This document shows, in pieces, positions 1 through 9,386 of a DNA stretch of 22,197 nt (position 1 is the first letter of the stretch; each line of letters begins with the position of its first letter). The position numbers were made by a program, and so were the translations under genes. Origin of the DNA: Candidatus Velthaea sp. (GTDB lineage: Bacteria; Vulcanimicrobiota; Vulcanimicrobiia; Vulcanimicrobiales; Vulcanimicrobiaceae); contig JBEKHC010000085.1 of the NCBI GenBank assembly GCA_050012475.1, positions 1 to 22,197 on the forward strand. The letters run 5' to 3'. The notes beneath the pieces are model-generated. The model did no database searches, was not told the origin of the DNA, and saw nothing but the letters and a program-made list of their open reading frames with translations.

Positions 1-281
1 TCTGGGTTACTTCGGCGCGCATCGTCGCCGCAGCGAAAAAATAAAGGGATTGAAAACCGACAGGAAGCCGCGAACAAGCAGGTGCACTCTGGGATACTGG
101 GCCCACACTAGCACACAAGCGGTAGTTCGTCCACGGCTCCCGGTCACCGGCGCTGAAACCCACATGCGGCGGGACGTATTTCCTAACTTACTGCTTCACC
201 TCAAACGAACGCTCGCCGTCCGAACGGCAGCGGCCCAACATCGATCACGACGCACGACGTGCGAACCGAAAGGGGGACACC

Positions 282-3159
282 ATGGCCGTCGAGCCCGCCG
301 CTCGTGAAGGAACGTCGGCTTTCGAAACGATGGCCGAGCCGGCCCTCAATCCCGAACTGCGCGCGGCGCTGGAAGCGGCATTTCCGGCGCAGGCACTCAA
401 ATTCGACGAGATCTATCGCGCCGTCTATGGACGCGACGGATCGTACTTCGCAAGCATTGCTGCGCATCGGATCGCGTTTGAACGTTCCGATCACGCTGCG
501 GGCCGGGGGGAGCTCGCTGTGCGGACAAACGGTGGGAACCGGCGTCATCGCCGATCAACGGTTCGCGTTCCGCGGCAGCGAACTGCGCGACGGCGGCAGC
601 AAAGTGTGGTTCGAGCCCGGCCTGACGGTTCTCGGGCTCAATACGGTTCTCAAGCCGGCCGGCAAGAAGGTCGGTCCCGATCCGGCGTCGAGCCAGGTCG
701 CGATGATGGGCGGCGTGCTCGCGAACAATGCCAGCGGGATGCAAGCCGGCACGAAGTACAACGCCTACGAAACGCTGGCCTCGATCGACTTCGTGCTGCC
801 CAACGGCAACCGCTACGACACCGCGCGGCCGGACGACCGCGCGCGTTTCGTGCGCGACGAGGCGGCGACGTACGCCGGGCTTGCCGCGCTGCGCGACGAG
901 GTTCGCGCGAACGCCGAACTGTGCGCGCGCATCCGGCGCAAATACGCGATCAAGAACGTCTCGGGTTATGCGATGAATTCGTTCCTCGATCACGACGAGC
1001 CGATCGATATCCTCGCCCACCTGCTGATCGGATCGGAAGGGACGCTGGCCTACATCGCGTCGGCCGAACTCTTCACCGTGCCCATCGCTGCCGACCAATC
1101 GAGTTCGCTGCTGTTCTTCTTCGACGTCGTCCAAGCGGCGGCGTCCGTGCCCGCGCTCGTCGAGAGCGGCGCCGCGGCGATTGAATTGATGGATATCGCG
1201 TCGCTGCGGTCGGTCATCGGGCGCCCCGGCGTCCCCGAGATCGTCGCGACGCTGCCCGACGGTGCTGCAGCGTTGCTCATCGACTACCAAGCCGCCGATC
1301 GAGCCGCATTAACGGCACAACAAGAGCACGCCGAGGCGGTCATCGCGACGCTTCCGCTGCTGGCGCACCTGCCGTTCAGCACCTCGAACAAGGAACGTGC
1401 GCTGCTCTGGACCGTGCGCAGCGGCATCTTTGCCAGCGTCGGCGGCGCCCGCACACCCGGGACGACCGTCATTCTCGAAGACGTCGCGGTTCCCGTCGAA
1501 AGTTTGGACAAGCTCATCTTAGGTCTGCAAGAGCTGTTCGCAAAATACGGGTACGACGGCGCGGTGTTCGGCCACGCGAGCGTCGGCAACATCCACTTCC
1601 TGGTGACCGACGATATGGGCGACGCCGCGCGCGTGAGCCACTTCGGCTCGTTCATGAACGAAGTCGTCGAACTCGTGCTGCGCTACGACGGTTCGCTCAA
1701 GGCCGAGCACGGGACCGGCCGCGCGATGGCGCCCTTCATCCGCGCGGAATGGGGCGCCGACGCCTATCGCGTGATGAAGGAGCTCAAGGCGCTCATCGAT
1801 CCCGGCAACCTCATGAATCCGGGCGTGCTCATCAACGACGACCCCAACGTACATCTCGCCCACATCAAAGGCATGCCGCTGCTCGGCGACCCGGTCGCCG
1901 ATCGCTGCATCGAGTGCGGCTTCTGCGAATGGGTCTGTCCAACGCGCTATTCGACGTTGACGCCGCGCCAGCGCATCCAAGCACACCGCGTGCGGCTCTC
2001 GCTGGACAATGCGGGCCAGCAGAGCCGGGCGCGCACGATCGCCCAGCAGTACGAATACGAAGGCCGCGAATCATGCGTCGCCGACGGCATGTGCCAGACG
2101 GTCTGCCCGGTGGGCATCAGCACGGCGTACATCACCGATTACGATCGCGCCCAAGCCGCATCCCCGGGCGCGGAGAAACTCATGGAAGCCGCCGCCCGCA
2201 ATTTTCTGCTGTTCGAAAACGCGGTGCGCGTTGCGCTCGACGGCGGCAGCGCCGTTCAAAAGATCGCCGGCAACGCCGCGATGCCCCGGCTCACCGAAAT
2301 GCTCGCCAGGCTGCTGCCCGCCTTTCCGCAGTGGTCGCGCAGCATCGGCCGCGCCCCCGCGCGTCCGCATACGCCGCCCCGCACGGCAGAAATCGTCTAC
2401 TTTCCGGCCTGCGTGACGCGCATGATGGGCTCGTCGGCACTGGGCAAGGACAATGTCATGGAAACCGTGCTGCGGGTAGCGCACCGCGCCGGCGTGCAGA
2501 TGTACTTGCCCAAGAGTGCGCGCGGGCTGTGCTGTTCGCAGCTCTTCGCCCATCAGGGATTCTCTGGGGCACAGCAGGTGATGGCGAACCGCATCGTCGA
2601 GGCGATGTATACCTGGAGCGCCGGCGGCCGGGTGCCGATCATGTGCGACATCACGTCGTGCGCGCGCACGCTGCTGGCCGAACTGGAGACGGAGATGTGG
2701 GGCGACCGGCCGCGGCTCCTCACCGAAGCCAATGCCGCCAAATACAAGCAGCTCAAGATCGTCGACATCGCCGAGTGGCTGCACGACGATGTGCTGCCGC
2801 GACTGGAGGTCAGTCGGCCGAAGAACTCGGTCCTGATGCATCCGACGTGCGCGTGTCATCAGCTGGGGCTCGAAGAGAAGATCGAGGCGATCGGCAATGC
2901 GTGCGCGCGCGAAAGCACGACGCCGTTTAGCGCCGGCTGCTGCGGTGCCGGCGGCGATCGCGGGTTCCGTTATCCCGAAGGAGCCGCATCGGCGCTGCGC
3001 GATGAACGCGCGGAGCTCGCCGGCCGCACGTTCGACGGGGCGTATTCGTTTGCGAAAAGCTGCGAGATCGTGCTAAGCGATCACCTGCCGCACGCGTTCG
3101 AGTCGATCGTGTATCTCGTCGACGAAACGACGTCCGCCAAGCGCACCGGCCCCGCCTAG
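282..3159 (+). pseudogene. FAD-binding/(4Fe-4S) oxidoreductase (Dld-II-type D-lactate dehydrogenase, GlcD/GlcF-like fusion), frameshifted near 450
   Basis: ATG at 282 follows the purine-rich AAGGGGGGA and reads MAVEP…RAVYGRDGSYF (homologous to the family's D-A-S-x-[FY] motif). The family sequence resumes in another frame at 451 (QALLRIG…RAGGSSLCGQ, GPDPAS, GH..GN.H, GSLKAEHGTG, CIECGFCEWVCP, CVADGMCQTVCP, Cys-rich CCG domains) to TAG at 3159. Could also be an assembly error. Confidence 0.8.
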
Positions 3160-3260
3160 ACGCGCGGCACGAATCGACGCCCGAACGTCCTATGCGGCTC
3201 TGGTACGCTGAACGATCCATGTGGCCGTCGCGCGGGCGTTGCCCCGTCCCTACGGAACGA

Positions 3261-3977
3261 TCACCTTGTCGCTGAAGAGCCGTCGCTGCTCTTTGCCGGT
3301 TCGACACGCACGACGATCACGTGCAGGTGGCGGGGGCCATGCGCACCGCGCACGATCGTGAGTTCGATGTCGGCGGTGCGCGACGGCCCCGTTACGAAGT
3401 TGACGGTGCGCGGCATGAACGCTGAGCCCGGCTGCGCGCGCCGCAGTTTCGCGAACGCGTCCTCGTAGGAGCCGAGCACGTCGGAGGCAGCGAGCACGAC
3501 GACGTGCGTGTCGGGCATGAAGTTGAGCGTGGCCGGGCGGTCGGCGCTTGAAACGAGGACCAGCGTGCCGGTCTCGGCCACAGCGGCAAAGCACGGCGTG
3601 ACGCTGACAAGGTCGTCGGACTCGGCGCGCCCGCGCCCGATCTCGAGCGCCGACTCGTCGTGCCAAGGAATCCGGTCGAGCGCCGGATCGGGCGACATGC
3701 GCAGCCGCGTCGGCAGATCGTGTTCGGTCAGATACGCGAGCAACGCGGCCGGGACGTCATTGTACGACGTCACGTGAGCGAAGGTCGTGCCGACGTCTTC
3801 GGCAAGCCGCTCGAACAGCGCGAGACGGCCGGTTTCCGGTCCGTTCGCCCGCGCCGGGATGAGGTTTGGCGCGTGCGCGGCGACCCGCGCTTCGAGCCGC
3901 TCAACCTCTTCGGCCGAGAGCGGACCGCGGCCCAGACCGGCGCGGATGCGCGCGAAGATCGCTTCGCCGGCGCTCAT
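3261..3977 (-). CDS. lutC: lactate utilization protein C (LUD domain; LutC/YkgG/LldG)
   Basis: Start re-placed at ATG 3977, which overlaps the lutB stop (TGATG). Motifs AETGTLV, FMPDTHVVV, TGPSRTADIE, GAHGP. Confidence 0.9.
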   Translation of the reverse strand: MSAGEAIFARIRAGLGRGPLSAEEVERLEARVAAHAPNLIPARANGPETGRLALFERLAEDVGTTFAHVTSYNDVPAALLAYLTEHDLPTRLRMSPDPALDRIPWHDESALEIGRGRAESDDLVSVTPCFAAVAETGTLVLVSSADRPATLNFMPDTHVVVLAASDVLGSYEDAFAKLRRAQPGSAFMPRTVNFVTGPSRTADIELTIVRGAHGPRHLHVIVVRVEPAKSSDGSSATR

Positions 3978-5407
3978 CACGCGCGCCAGCGGCGCACGCC
4001 CGCCTGCCATTGTTCGCTGAACGTGCGCCCCTCGGGCGCCGGCAAGTCGCGCGCCGCGGTCCAGCCGCCCGCAAGCGGCAACCGCGCGAAGCGGCCCTTG
4101 GGTCCGGCGAGTTTGGCCAAAGCGGCGACGGCGACCCGCGTCGCCAAACGGTACAGCCGCGGACGCCGCGCGAACCAAGCCCAGAAGCGAATGCCGGCCC
4201 GCTGCGGCGCAGGCGTCAGCTCGCGCTCGAACGACTGCTCGCGCCAGTAGCGCATGATGTTCGGCAGCGGGATGCGCACCGGGCAGACGTCCTCGCATTT
4301 GCCGCAGAATGACGAAGCGCCGGGCAGGTCCGCTGCTTCCTCCAAGCCGATGAAGTGCGGATCGATTGCAGCGCCGATCGGGCCGGGATACACCCAGCCG
4401 TAGGCGTGACCGCCGACGGAGCGATAGACCGGGCAGTCATTGAGGCATGCGCCGCAGCGAATGCAGCGCAGCGCGTCCTGCAGCTGCGTGCCGAGCATCG
4501 CCGAACGGCCGTTGTCGACCACCACGACGTGGAACGCGCTGGGACCGTCGAGATCGTCCGGACGTTTGGGGCCGGTCGAGAACGTCGTGTAACACGTGAC
4601 CTCTTGACCGGTTGCCGAGCGCGCCAAAAGCCGCAGCAGCGTGCACGCGTCTTCGAGCGTCGGCAACACTTTTTCGATCGACGCGATGACGATGTGCATT
4701 TGCGGCAGCATCTGCGTGAGATCGCCGTTGCCTTCGTTGGTCGCGATGATCGTCGTCCCGGTTTCCGCAATGAGGAAGTTCGCGCCGGTGATCCCGACGT
4801 CGGCTTCGAGATATTTGCGGCGGATGATCGCGCGCGCTTCGCCCACCAGCGCTTGGGCGTCTGTCAACCGTTCGGTCTTACCGTACTGCCCGTGATTGGC
4901 GACGAAGAGATCGGCAATCTGTTCTTTGCTGAGGTGAACCGCCGGCACGACGATGTGGCTGGGGGGCTGATCGGCAAGCTGGATCACGTATTCACCCAGA
5001 TCGGTCTCGATCGGCTGCACGCCGTTGGCTTCCAAGAACGGGTTGAGCGCGATCTCTTCGGCGACCATCGACTTCCCTTTGGTCGCGGTCTTGGCCTCGA
5101 CACTGCGGCACAGCGCGAGGATCGTTTCGCGCGCCTCGCGCGCCGTCGCGCACCAATGCACGTGGCCGCCTTGCGCGACGACTTCGCGCTCGAATCGGGC
5201 GAGATAGAAATCGAGATTGGCGAGCGTGTGATTTTTGATCTCGACCGCGCGATCGCGCAACGCGTCGAACTCGGGCAACCGCGCCACGGCCGCGGCGCGC
5301 GCTGCGCTGAAGCCGCCCGTTTCCATCCGGCGCAGTGCGCCCTGCAGGATTGGATCGGCCATCGCCGACCGGGCGTTGGCTTTGAACGCGTGACTGGTGA
5401 TTTTCAT
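3977..5407 (-). CDS. lutB: L-lactate oxidation iron-sulfur protein (LutB/YkgF/LldF)
   Basis: KGKSM..EEI, ETDLGEY, PPSHIV.PA.H, NEGNGDL, RSATGQ, CIRCGACLNDCPVY, YPGPIG, CGKCEDVCPV. Confidence 0.95.
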   Translation of the reverse strand: MKITSHAFKANARSAMADPILQGALRRMETGGFSAARAAAVARLPEFDALRDRAVEIKNHTLANLDFYLARFEREVVAQGGHVHWCATAREARETILALCRSVEAKTATKGKSMVAEEIALNPFLEANGVQPIETDLGEYVIQLADQPPSHIVVPAVHLSKEQIADLFVANHGQYGKTERLTDAQALVGEARAIIRRKYLEADVGITGANFLIAETGTTIIATNEGNGDLTQMLPQMHIVIASIEKVLPTLEDACTLLRLLARSATGQEVTCYTTFSTGPKRPDDLDGPSAFHVVVVDNGRSAMLGTQLQDALRCIRCGACLNDCPVYRSVGGHAYGWVYPGPIGAAIDPHFIGLEEAADLPGASSFCGKCEDVCPVRIPLPNIMRYWREQSFERELTPAPQRAGIRFWAWFARRPRLYRLATRVAVAALAKLAGPKGRFARLPLAGGWTAARDLPAPEGRTFSEQWQAGVRRWRA

Positions 5408-5420
5408 GCGACGGGCGCCT

Positions 5421-6188
5421 TCACGGCCGCGTCGCGCCGATGCCCGGAGCCGCGGTCAGTCCCGCTAATACCTCCGCGACGTGGCGCACCCTCACCGCCG
5501 AACCGTCGCGCTGCAGTTTCCCGGCAATGTTGAGCAGACAGCCCATGTCGCTCGAAAGCAGCGTGCCGGCACCGGTCGCGACGACGCTGCCGGCCTTCTT
5601 GCGCACGATGTCGGCGGAAATGTCGGAATACTTCACGCAAAACGTTCCGCCGAACCCGCAGCAAACATCCGCATTGGGCAATTCCGTCCGCTGCAAGCCC
5701 GCAACGGAGTCCAGCAGCCGGCGCGGCTGGGCGTGCACGTTCATTTCGCGCAACGCCGAACAGCTGTCGTGATAGGTGACCGCGCCGTCGAACCGCGCAT
5801 CGACGCGCTCGACGCCCAGCACGTCGGTAAGAAACGAAACGAGCTCGTAGGTGCGGCCGGCCAGGTCCGTCGCCGCCTCGCGGAAACTGGGATCGCCGGC
5901 GAACAACGCGGGATAATGGACTTTGAGCATTCCGCCGCACGAACCCGACGGCACCACGACATAATCGAATTCACGGAACGCGGCGATGACCGCGCGTGCG
6001 ATCGCGAGGGCGTCTTGGCGGTCGCCGGAATTGTACGCGGGTTGACCGCAGCAGGTCTGCGCCGCCGGAACCGTCACCCGGCAACCGGCGTCTTCAAGCA
6101 GCTTGACGGCCGCAAAGCCGACGCTGGGGCGAAACAGATCGACCAGACAGGTAACGAACAGGCCGACTTCGAGGCGCGCTGTCTTCAT
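5421..6188 (-). CDS. lutA: lactate utilization protein A, (Fe-S)-binding CCG-domain protein (LutA/YkgE/LldE)
   Basis: LFVTCLVD, QTCCGQPAYNSG, YHDSC, CCGFGGTF, DMGCL. Start placed at ATG 6188, which has a GGAGG RBS just upstream. Confidence 0.93.
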   Translation of the reverse strand: MKTARLEVGLFVTCLVDLFRPSVGFAAVKLLEDAGCRVTVPAAQTCCGQPAYNSGDRQDALAIARAVIAAFREFDYVVVPSGSCGGMLKVHYPALFAGDPSFREAATDLAGRTYELVSFLTDVLGVERVDARFDGAVTYHDSCSALREMNVHAQPRRLLDSVAGLQRTELPNADVCCGFGGTFCVKYSDISADIVRKKAGSVVATGAGTLLSSDMGCLLNIAGKLQRDGSAVRVRHVAEVLAGLTAAPGIGATRP

Positions 6189-6287
6189 CGTACCTCCGTG
6201 CGGAGCAGCCGAGCCGACCCTCATAGGTGCGCGCGAAGTCCGAGCGCTCCTTCAAGGGGTTTTCGACCGGCGTCGAAGTAGCGCTGG

Positions 6288-6788
6288 GTGACGAACCGGT
6301 GGCGTATCGTCCCTGGGCCCGGCCAGGAATCGGTTTGGGACTATCCGCGACCGCCGCGTATCGAGCGCGTCGCTGTTTTGTTGTGCGTCGAACACGGCGG
6401 CCGCGAGATCGCGCGCAGCTCCGGCGGCTGGCGGGTGCTCGAAACGAGTCACCCCCCGGTCTACTATTTGCCGCCCGAGTCGATCGCCGCCGCGGCCTTG
6501 CGCCCCAATGACCGGACGTCGTTTTGCGAATTCAAAGGCGTCGCCCGCTATTGGGATCTCGTCGAGGGCGACCGCGTCGTCGTGGCCGACGCCGGCTGGT
6601 CGTATCCGTCGCCGGCGCCGGCCTTCCGAGCGCTGACGAATCATATTGCGTTGTACGCCGCACGTCTGGACGCGTGCTACGTCGGCAGCGAGCGCGTCAC
6701 GGCGCAAGCCGGTGATTTTTACGGCGGCTGGATCACGGCAAATATCGTGGGGCCTTTCAAAGGAGCGGTCGGGACATGGGGCTGGTAG
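6288..6788 (+). CDS. DUF427 domain protein
   Basis: ESVWDYPRPP, VLETSHPPVYY.P, CEFKG.A.Y, WSY..P, FYGGWIT…GPFKG are characteristic of DUF427 proteins. GTG start. Confidence 0.88.
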   Translation: MTNRWRIVPGPGQESVWDYPRPPRIERVAVLLCVEHGGREIARSSGGWRVLETSHPPVYYLPPESIAAAALRPNDRTSFCEFKGVARYWDLVEGDRVVVADAGWSYPSPAPAFRALTNHIALYAARLDACYVGSERVTAQAGDFYGGWITANIVGPFKGAVGTWGW

Positions 6789-8170
6789 ACGCAGCGCACG
6801 CCGGCTCGTCGACGTTCCACGGAGCCGACTCGGTGCGGGTGCCCAACGAGTGGAGGGTGCTGTTCTGGAGCCTGGCGTGCATCGCCGCCGCCGCGCCGCT
6901 GCTGGCTTATCTTTTTCCGAGCTTCGCGGCGGGCAAGGAGATCTCGCTTTTGGTGATCGGCGCGCTGCTCTTCGTAACGTTCGCGCGCGGACGGCTGATC
7001 GGCGGGAGCCTGCGCGTTCACCCCGGGCAATTCGGTGACGTGTACGCGATCGCGCTGGAATGCTCGCGCGCGCTGCGCATGCCCGTCCCCAACGTGTTCG
7101 TGCGCGACGACCCGCTGGTGCCGATCGTCGCGGTCGGGATCGGCGAACCGTACTCGCTGATCGTCTCCGCGCGCTGGATCGAGCATTTCACGCCGCAAGA
7201 ACTGCGCTTTCTCATCGGCCGCGAACTCGCGCACATCGATGCCGGGCACACCCGCGTCACCTCACTGCTGAGCGTCAGCGGTCGAGAGAATGCGCTCGTG
7301 AGCGTGTTGTTCGGAGCATGGCTGCGTCGCATCGAATACACTGCCGATCGCGCCGGGCTGCTCTGCTGCGCGTCGCTCGACGACGCGCTGTCGGCGATCT
7401 CCGTATCGACGTTCCAGCTCGTCGGGCGGACGATCGATCCGGCGGCCTTCGCCGAGCAGCAGCATGAGATCGATGCCGAGCGCGGTCTGCGCATCGGCGA
7501 ATGGGTTTCGTCCAATCCGTACGCCGGCAAACGCATCGCCGCGCTGCGCAGCTTCGCCCGCGATCCGTCATACCTCCAGTGGTCGGCGCGCTTCGCGCAA
7601 TTTCGCGTCACGCCGTTCGTTGCGCCGCCGCTCCCCGCCGGCGCTGTGGCGCGCCGCGCTTACGCCAATTTCCCGCGGCGCCTGGCGGCTTTCCTGATCG
7701 ATGCGATCGTCATCGAAGCGCTGCTGCCCCGCCTGCCGCTGCAGATCGCCAGTGAAACCGCCGCCGACCCAACGCTGCCCAAATGGCTGCTCGACGCGGT
7801 GCGCCACCATCCGCACCTGTTTGCGGCGGTCGACAGCAGCGGCGGCTGGGGCGTGCTCGTCGCGATGCTGTACTACGTGCTGCTCGTTGGGCTGGCCGGC
7901 CAAACGTTCGGCATGATGATCGTCGATCTGCGCGTGATGACCGAGCGTTTCGGGCGGGTCGGGCTCGGGCGGGCGCTCGCGCGTTTCGGCTGCCTGGTCG
8001 GATCGATGGTCTGTGTCATCGGCATCATCAAGATCTTCAGCCGAATTCAACCGTTCGAAAAATGGTCCGGGACGCGGCTCATCGCCGGAACGGCCTACAT
8101 CCGCAGCCGGGATCGGCTTACGGGGCAGCCGCTCGAGGCGGTGCCGCCGTTGACGTCGCTGTCGCCGTAG
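6776..8170 (+). CDS. membrane protein with an M48 (HtpX/Ste24)-like domain, degenerate zinc motif, fused to a C-terminal RDD domain
   Basis: N-terminal TM helices; ELRFLIGRELAH, EYTADRAG, NPY..KRI; then RDD-type YANFPRRLAAFLID…GQTFGM.I..LRV…RALAR. Start uncertain (ATG 6776 or a nearby GTG). Confidence 0.8.
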   Translation: MGLVDAAHAGSSTFHGADSVRVPNEWRVLFWSLACIAAAAPLLAYLFPSFAAGKEISLLVIGALLFVTFARGRLIGGSLRVHPGQFGDVYAIALECSRALRMPVPNVFVRDDPLVPIVAVGIGEPYSLIVSARWIEHFTPQELRFLIGRELAHIDAGHTRVTSLLSVSGRENALVSVLFGAWLRRIEYTADRAGLLCCASLDDALSAISVSTFQLVGRTIDPAAFAEQQHEIDAERGLRIGEWVSSNPYAGKRIAALRSFARDPSYLQWSARFAQFRVTPFVAPPLPAGAVARRAYANFPRRLAAFLIDAIVIEALLPRLPLQIASETAADPTLPKWLLDAVRHHPHLFAAVDSSGGWGVLVAMLYYVLLVGLAGQTFGMMIVDLRVMTERFGRVGLGRALARFGCLVGSMVCVIGIIKIFSRIQPFEKWSGTRLIAGTAYIRSRDRLTGQPLEAVPPLTSLSP

Positions 8171-9134
8171 CCGCGCGCGCCGGCGATGGTCGCGGCATCG
8201 GGTGCCCGCTGCCGATCATTTTGCCGCGCCGCTGCGCGTAGATTTTCGTGAATTCGGCGCCGAAGAAGAGCGTCAAAGCAGAGTAATAGATCCACAGCAG
8301 CAGCACCAAGAGCGAACCCGCGGCGCCATACGCCGACGCGGTTCCGCTCTTGGCCAGATACAGACCGATGAGCGCTTGTCCGATCACGAACAGCAGCGCG
8401 GTGATCGCCGAACCGATCCAAACATCGGACCAATCGATTTTGGCATCGGGAAGAATCTTATAGATGCAAGCAAAGACGAGCGTCATGACGGCCATCGAAA
8501 CGAGATAGTTCACGTAGGTGAACACGGTGGCCGCGCCCGGGAACGGCAGTACGTGAATGAAATACGTCGACACGACGGCGAGCACCGCCCCGATCCCGAA
8601 GGTCAGCAGAATCAAGAAACCCATCACCAGCACCATGCCCAGCGAGGCGATGCGCTGGCGCACCGTCAGCCAAACGCTCTGGCGAACGCTTTGCTTGCCC
8701 GGCTCGACGTGCCAGACCGTATTGAGCGAGTCTTGCAGCGACGCAAACACACCCGATGCGCCCAAAATGAACGTGACCCACCCGATGATCTGCGCGATGA
8801 TGCCCTGGTGCGGCTTGGAGAAATTCGCCGCGACCAGATCGCGCACGGCGTCGGCGGCTTGGGCACCGGCGCGCGCGCGAATCTGATCCAGCAGTTGCGC
8901 TTCGACGTTGCCGTGCGGATGATCCAACCCGCCGCTCAGCGCCAAGCCCGTTCCGGCAATCGCGATCACGATGATCAGCAGCGGCGCGATCGAAAAGACC
9001 GTGGAAAACGAGAGCGCAGCGGCCATTCGCGGCGCCTTGTCTTCGCTCCAAGCATTGAACGTATCGCGAATTAACGCGATATCGATGCGTGCCGGCCGCG
9101 AATCACCCTTGACCGTCGGCAGCTTCGTCCTCAA
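8118..9134 (-). CDS. YihY/virulence factor BrkB family membrane protein
   Basis: AAALSFSTVFSIAPLL, LQDSLNTVW, IYKILPD, YGAAGSLLVLLLWIYYS…FFGAEF. TTG start uncertain. Confidence 0.92.
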   Translation of the reverse strand: MRTKLPTVKGDSRPARIDIALIRDTFNAWSEDKAPRMAAALSFSTVFSIAPLLIIVIAIAGTGLALSGGLDHPHGNVEAQLLDQIRARAGAQAADAVRDLVAANFSKPHQGIIAQIIGWVTFILGASGVFASLQDSLNTVWHVEPGKQSVRQSVWLTVRQRIASLGMVLVMGFLILLTFGIGAVLAVVSTYFIHVLPFPGAATVFTYVNYLVSMAVMTLVFACIYKILPDAKIDWSDVWIGSAITALLFVIGQALIGLYLAKSGTASAYGAAGSLLVLLLWIYYSALTLFFGAEFTKIYAQRRGKMIGSGHPMPRPSPARAATATATSTAAPPRAAAP

Positions 9135-9152
9135 GCGACCGGAGCTCCGTCG

Positions 9153-9320
9153 TTACCCGTCGTCGAGATCTTCGTCTTCTTCGTCGTCTTCGTCGTCGTC
9201 GTCATCGCCTGGGTCGATATCGGGGTCGAGGGCCAGGGTGTGCTGCACTTCCTCGCGCTCGACCGGCGTGCTCGAGCGCTCTTCGGTCAGGTCGTCTTCG
9301 TAGAGTGTCGTGCGTTCCAT
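9153..9320 (-). CDS. 55-aa hyperacidic hypothetical protein
   Basis: MERTTLYEDD…GDDDDDEDDEEDEDLDDG with 27 of 55 residues D/E. A TACGCT (-10-like) hexamer lies 7 nt before the ATG, and the ORF ends 18 nt before the yihY ORF. Confidence 0.65.
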   Translation of the reverse strand: MERTTLYEDDLTEERSSTPVEREEVQHTLALDPDIDPGDDDDDEDDEEDEDLDDG

Positions 9321-9386
9321 GGGCGACAGCGTACCCGACGGGGGCCCCCGGGAAACCGAGCCAACCCAAAGCGGGTTGGCACCGGC

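Noticed and set aside
1..281. Possible divergent gene start at the window edge and the short ORF 50..307
   Set aside because: No recognisable motifs and too little sequence to support a call.
259..450. ORF-track N-terminus of the 966-aa ORF, and a programmed +1 frameshift explanation
   Set aside because: The 259 frame has no family similarity before 451. No slippery sequence is present, and conserved residues are missing, which fits a deletion rather than recoding.
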